This document shows, one piece after another, positions 60,666-64,000 of a DNA stretch of 64,000 nucleotides (positions are counted from its first letter, which is position 1; each line of letters opens with the position of its first letter). A model generated the notes under the pieces. The model worked only from the letters and a program-made list of their open reading frames with translations. It was not told the DNA's origin and made no database searches. A program made the position numbers and the translations under genes. Source of the DNA: Eutreptiella sp. 'Long Island Sound 2002' (taxonomy: Eukaryota; Protista; Euglenida); assembly GCA_964036045.1 (NCBI GenBank), contig OZ038378.1:162192001-162256000 (forward strand), given 5' to 3'.

Positions 60666-62269
60666 GGCTCACTCAGGAGTTTCTCCCCCTTTCCGCCCTC
60701 TCTTCCCACCCTTGCTGGCCCACACTTCACCCTTTTCACACCAACATTGGTCCGCAGTTCTCACCACGTCTTTTCTCCAAGAACTTGAGCGTGCATGCAC
60801 ACATACATACTTGCATACATGTACCCGTGGCGACAAACACACAAACATCCAAACACACACACTTCGTCAGGGACACAAATATCCAAACACATACACACAC
60901 ATACACCATACACACGTCCACACACACATGCACATGCACAAATTGACAACCACATTCATTCTTGTGTGCAATTATCTTGCGTGTACATAAACACATGGCC
61001 ACATTGAACCATGTGAAGTGAGGGGCTAGGGAGAGATGGTTACGGGGTTGGGGTTTGGGGATATGAACCTAACCATTTGCGAGGGTGTTCCTTGTTGCCT
61101 CATGACAATGGCACCCCCCCCCCCCCAGACACACACACACACACGGGCGCGCGCGCCATGAAGCACAAATAGGGCACAGAGGATATTGCTCGCTTTTGTG
61201 AGGTTGATCATACAACCATCGTGACCTACACCATGACACACTCATTCCCCTCCGTCCTTATCCCCCCCCGTCCCCTTTTGCCATGCCTGATCCCCCCGCT
61301 TACCCCATGCCAACCCCTTCTCTTATCTTGCCTGTCGCGTCCCCTTGCCCAGCCCTTGCCATGCCTTCCCTATTTATTGCCATGGCATCGAGTGCATGAT
61401 GGTGGCGGCAATGACGATGACCTTTGCAGGTATGTTGTGCTAGTGTGTGTGTTCGCGGGTGTGTGCTTGTGCCCATGCGTATGTGCGCAAGTGTGGATGG
61501 TTTGTTCCCTCTTGGTTTCTCTCATTTAGTGTGTTTGTATGTATGTTTGTGTGTGAGTCGGGGGGGGGGGCGGGGGCTTGCTTGGATCGATGCATGGGTG
61601 AAGGTGTCCTTGTGCGTCACTGTGAGTGTGTGACTGCATTCTTTGGTTTCCGGTTGTCTAGGTTTGTTTGCGTACGTGGATTCGTGAATGTGTGTACGCG
61701 CAGGTGTGTGTGTGTGTGTGTGTGTGTGCCAATGTGTGTGTGTGTGTGTGTGTGTGTGTTGCAGCTTTTGCGGCTGTTGTTTTGGATCCTGTTGTTGGTT
61801 TTGGTGTTGTGTGGCATAGGCTTTGATTGTGTGCGCATAACATTGTGTTTGTGGCTGCAGATGCAGGTATGCTTGTGTTTGTGGTTGTGGCTGTGGTTCT
61901 GGGCTTGCGTGAGGTTGTTGCCATGGCTGTTGTGGTAGCTGTCGTTCTTGGTGTGGTTATGGTAGTGGCTGTGGTTGCGGCTTTGCTTGTGGACGTGGGT
62001 GTGGGTGTGGGTGTGGGTGTGGGTGTGGGTGTAGGTGTGGGTGTGGGTGTGGGTGTGGGTGTGTGTCTGCAAGCTGTGTTGTGTGTGGATTTGGTTGTGG
62101 TTGTGTCAGTGTGTGTGGCCCTGGCTGTGGCGAAGGCTGCAGTTGCAGCTTTCACTGTGGCTGCAGCTGTTCTTTGGGTGTAGCTGTGGGGGGGGGGGGT
62201 GGTAAAGGACTACAAAGAGGGGGGCTGAAATCACCATCCACCCCCTCCCAAAAAAGACCGCACCAAGTT

Positions 62270-62620
62270 TACAGTGACAGTGTACAGTGACAGTGTACAA
62301 TGACAGTGTATAGTGAGAGCATACAGTGCGTGTAGAGTGACAGTGTAGAGTGCTAGTATAGAGACTTGGGCGTTGTGGCGGACGTACTGTGTGTGGGGAT
62401 ACATTCTATGAGACCTTGGGGAGTACAGTGTACAGAGTACAGTGTACAGTGTACAGTGTACAGTGACAATGTACAGTGATAGTGTATAGTGACAGTGTGC
62501 AGTGGCAGTGACAGCGTACAGTGCCAGAATACAGTGTACCATGTACAGTGACAGTAGATAGTGACACCATTGACCGTGTACATGGACAGTGTACAGTGAC
62601 AGTGTACAGTGACAGTGTAC
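62270..62620. repeat. (CAGTGTA/CAGTGA)n degenerate satellite
   Basis: acagtgtacagtgac-type units on both sides of a short unique stretch. Confidence 0.85.
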
Positions 62621-62840
62621 AGTGACAGTGAACCATGAGTGAGCCCTCACTGAGCGCTCACTGAGCCATTTGGCGCGCTCAGTGAGCGCTCACTGAGCCA
62701 TTTGGCGCGCTCACTGAGCGCTCACTGAGCGCTCACTGAGCGCGCGAAACGGCGCAGTGAGCGCTCAGTGAGCGCGCCAAATGGCTCAGTGAGCGCTCAG
62801 TGAGGGCTCACTCATGGTTCACTGTCACTGTACACTGTCA
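62610..62840. repeat. Long palindrome, ~81-bp arms with one mismatch
   Basis: tgacagtgtacagtgacagtgaaccatgagtgagccctcactgagcg... and its reverse complement ending at 62840. Confidence 0.9.
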
Positions 62841-64000
62841 TTGCACACTGTGTATTGCACACTGCACACCGCACACTGTGTATTGCACACTGCACACTGC
62901 ATACTGTGTATTGCACACTGCACACTGCACACTGTGTGTTACAAATTGCACACTGCACACTGCAATGCACACTGCACACTGTAATGCACACTGCACACCC
63001 TGTAATGCACACTGCGCACTGTGTATTGCACACTGCACACTGCACAGTGCACCGTGTGCAGTGTGCAATACCCAGTGTGCAGTGGCACAGTGCACACTGC
63101 GCAGTGCACCGTGTGCAGTGTGCAATGCCCAGTGTGCATCGTGCAGTGTGCAATACACGGTGTGCAGTGTGCATTACACAGCGTGTAGTGTGCAATGTAC
63201 ACTGCGCACTGCACACCGTGTACTGCACACTGCACACTGTAATGCACACTGCACGCTGTGTATTGCACACTGCACACTGTAATGCACACTGCACACTGTG
63301 TCATGCACACTGCACACTGTGCATTACAAACTGCACACAGCACGCTGTCATGCACACTGCACACTGCAGTATTGCACACTGCACACTGCACACTGTGTGT
63401 TACAAATTGCACACTGCAATGCACACTGCACACGGTGTATTGCACACTGCACACTGTATACTGTGTATTGCACAGTGCACACTGCATACTGTGTATTGCA
63501 CTGTGTGTTACAAATTGCACAACGCACACTGTAATGCACACTGCACACTGTGTAATACACTCTGCACACTGTGTATTGCACACTGCACACTGCACGCTGT
63601 GTATTGCACACTGCACACTGCACACTGCACACTGTGTGTAGTGTGCACTACACAGGGTGTAGTATGCCGTGTGTGATGTAATCCACACGGCACACCGTGT
63701 AATGCACACTCCACACTGTGTCATGCACACTACACCCTGCACCGTGTGTATTGCACATTGGGTATTGCACAGTGCACCGTGTGCAGTGTGCAATACCCAG
63801 TGTGCATTACGCAGGGTGCGGTGTGTAGTGTGCAATACACAGTGTGCAGTGTGCATTACAGTGTGCAGTGTGCAATTTGTATTGCACAGTGTGCAGTGTG
63901 CAGTGTGCAATACACAGTGTGCGGTGTGCATTACAGTGTGCAGTGTGCAATACACAATGTGCAGTGTGCAATACACAGTGTGCAGTGTGCATTACAGTGT
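62841..64000. repeat. (TGCACAC)n-type satellite with internal orientation switches
   Basis: cactgca/tgcacac units flip to gtgtgca at about 63045-63190 and from about 63760 to the end. Confidence 0.92.

Noticed and set aside
61658-62155. Thr/Pro-rich mucin-like ORF
   Set aside because: Explained by (TGTGGG)n and TG-rich low complexity; no convincing splice pair or start.
62800-63992. Long Cys/His/Thr-rich ORFs
   Set aside because: Translations of a 7-bp satellite, open in several frames on both strands.

Overview
Repeat-rich eukaryotic nuclear DNA, probably a protist (GT/GC-AG introns, many G/C homopolymers, degenerate TTAGGG-like tracts). The species cannot be fixed from sequence alone, and I found no rRNA, canonical tRNA or CRISPR array. 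Host genes, all on the minus strand: (i) an intronless TM/EF-hand-like/ubiquitin-like ORF at 4.8-6.1 kb; (ii) a roughly 10-exon coiled-coil gene assembled by hand from phase-compatible exons across about 34.4-58.3 kb; (iii) two phase-1 exons (18.0 and 20.6-21.0 kb) that share a GC donor and a duplicated downstream intron; (iv) a frameshifted two-RRM Gbp2-like pseudogene. Most of the rest is mobile and repeated DNA. This includes three copies of a PIF/Harbinger-like DDE element whose transposase ends in a B-box-like zinc finger, one of them interrupted by a polyA-tailed retro-insertion with a 25-bp TSD. There is also a ~600-bp TIR-bounded element (two copies) carrying two convergent tRNA-like Pol III modules, a hAT-type MITE with a perfect 8-bp TSD, and RNase H, LINE, pogo and piggyBac remnants. 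A 3-kb hairpin-rich satellite has higher-order structure, and a long palindrome sits at the junction of oppositely oriented satellites near the right end. All coordinates and translations were read by eye and should be verified computationally.
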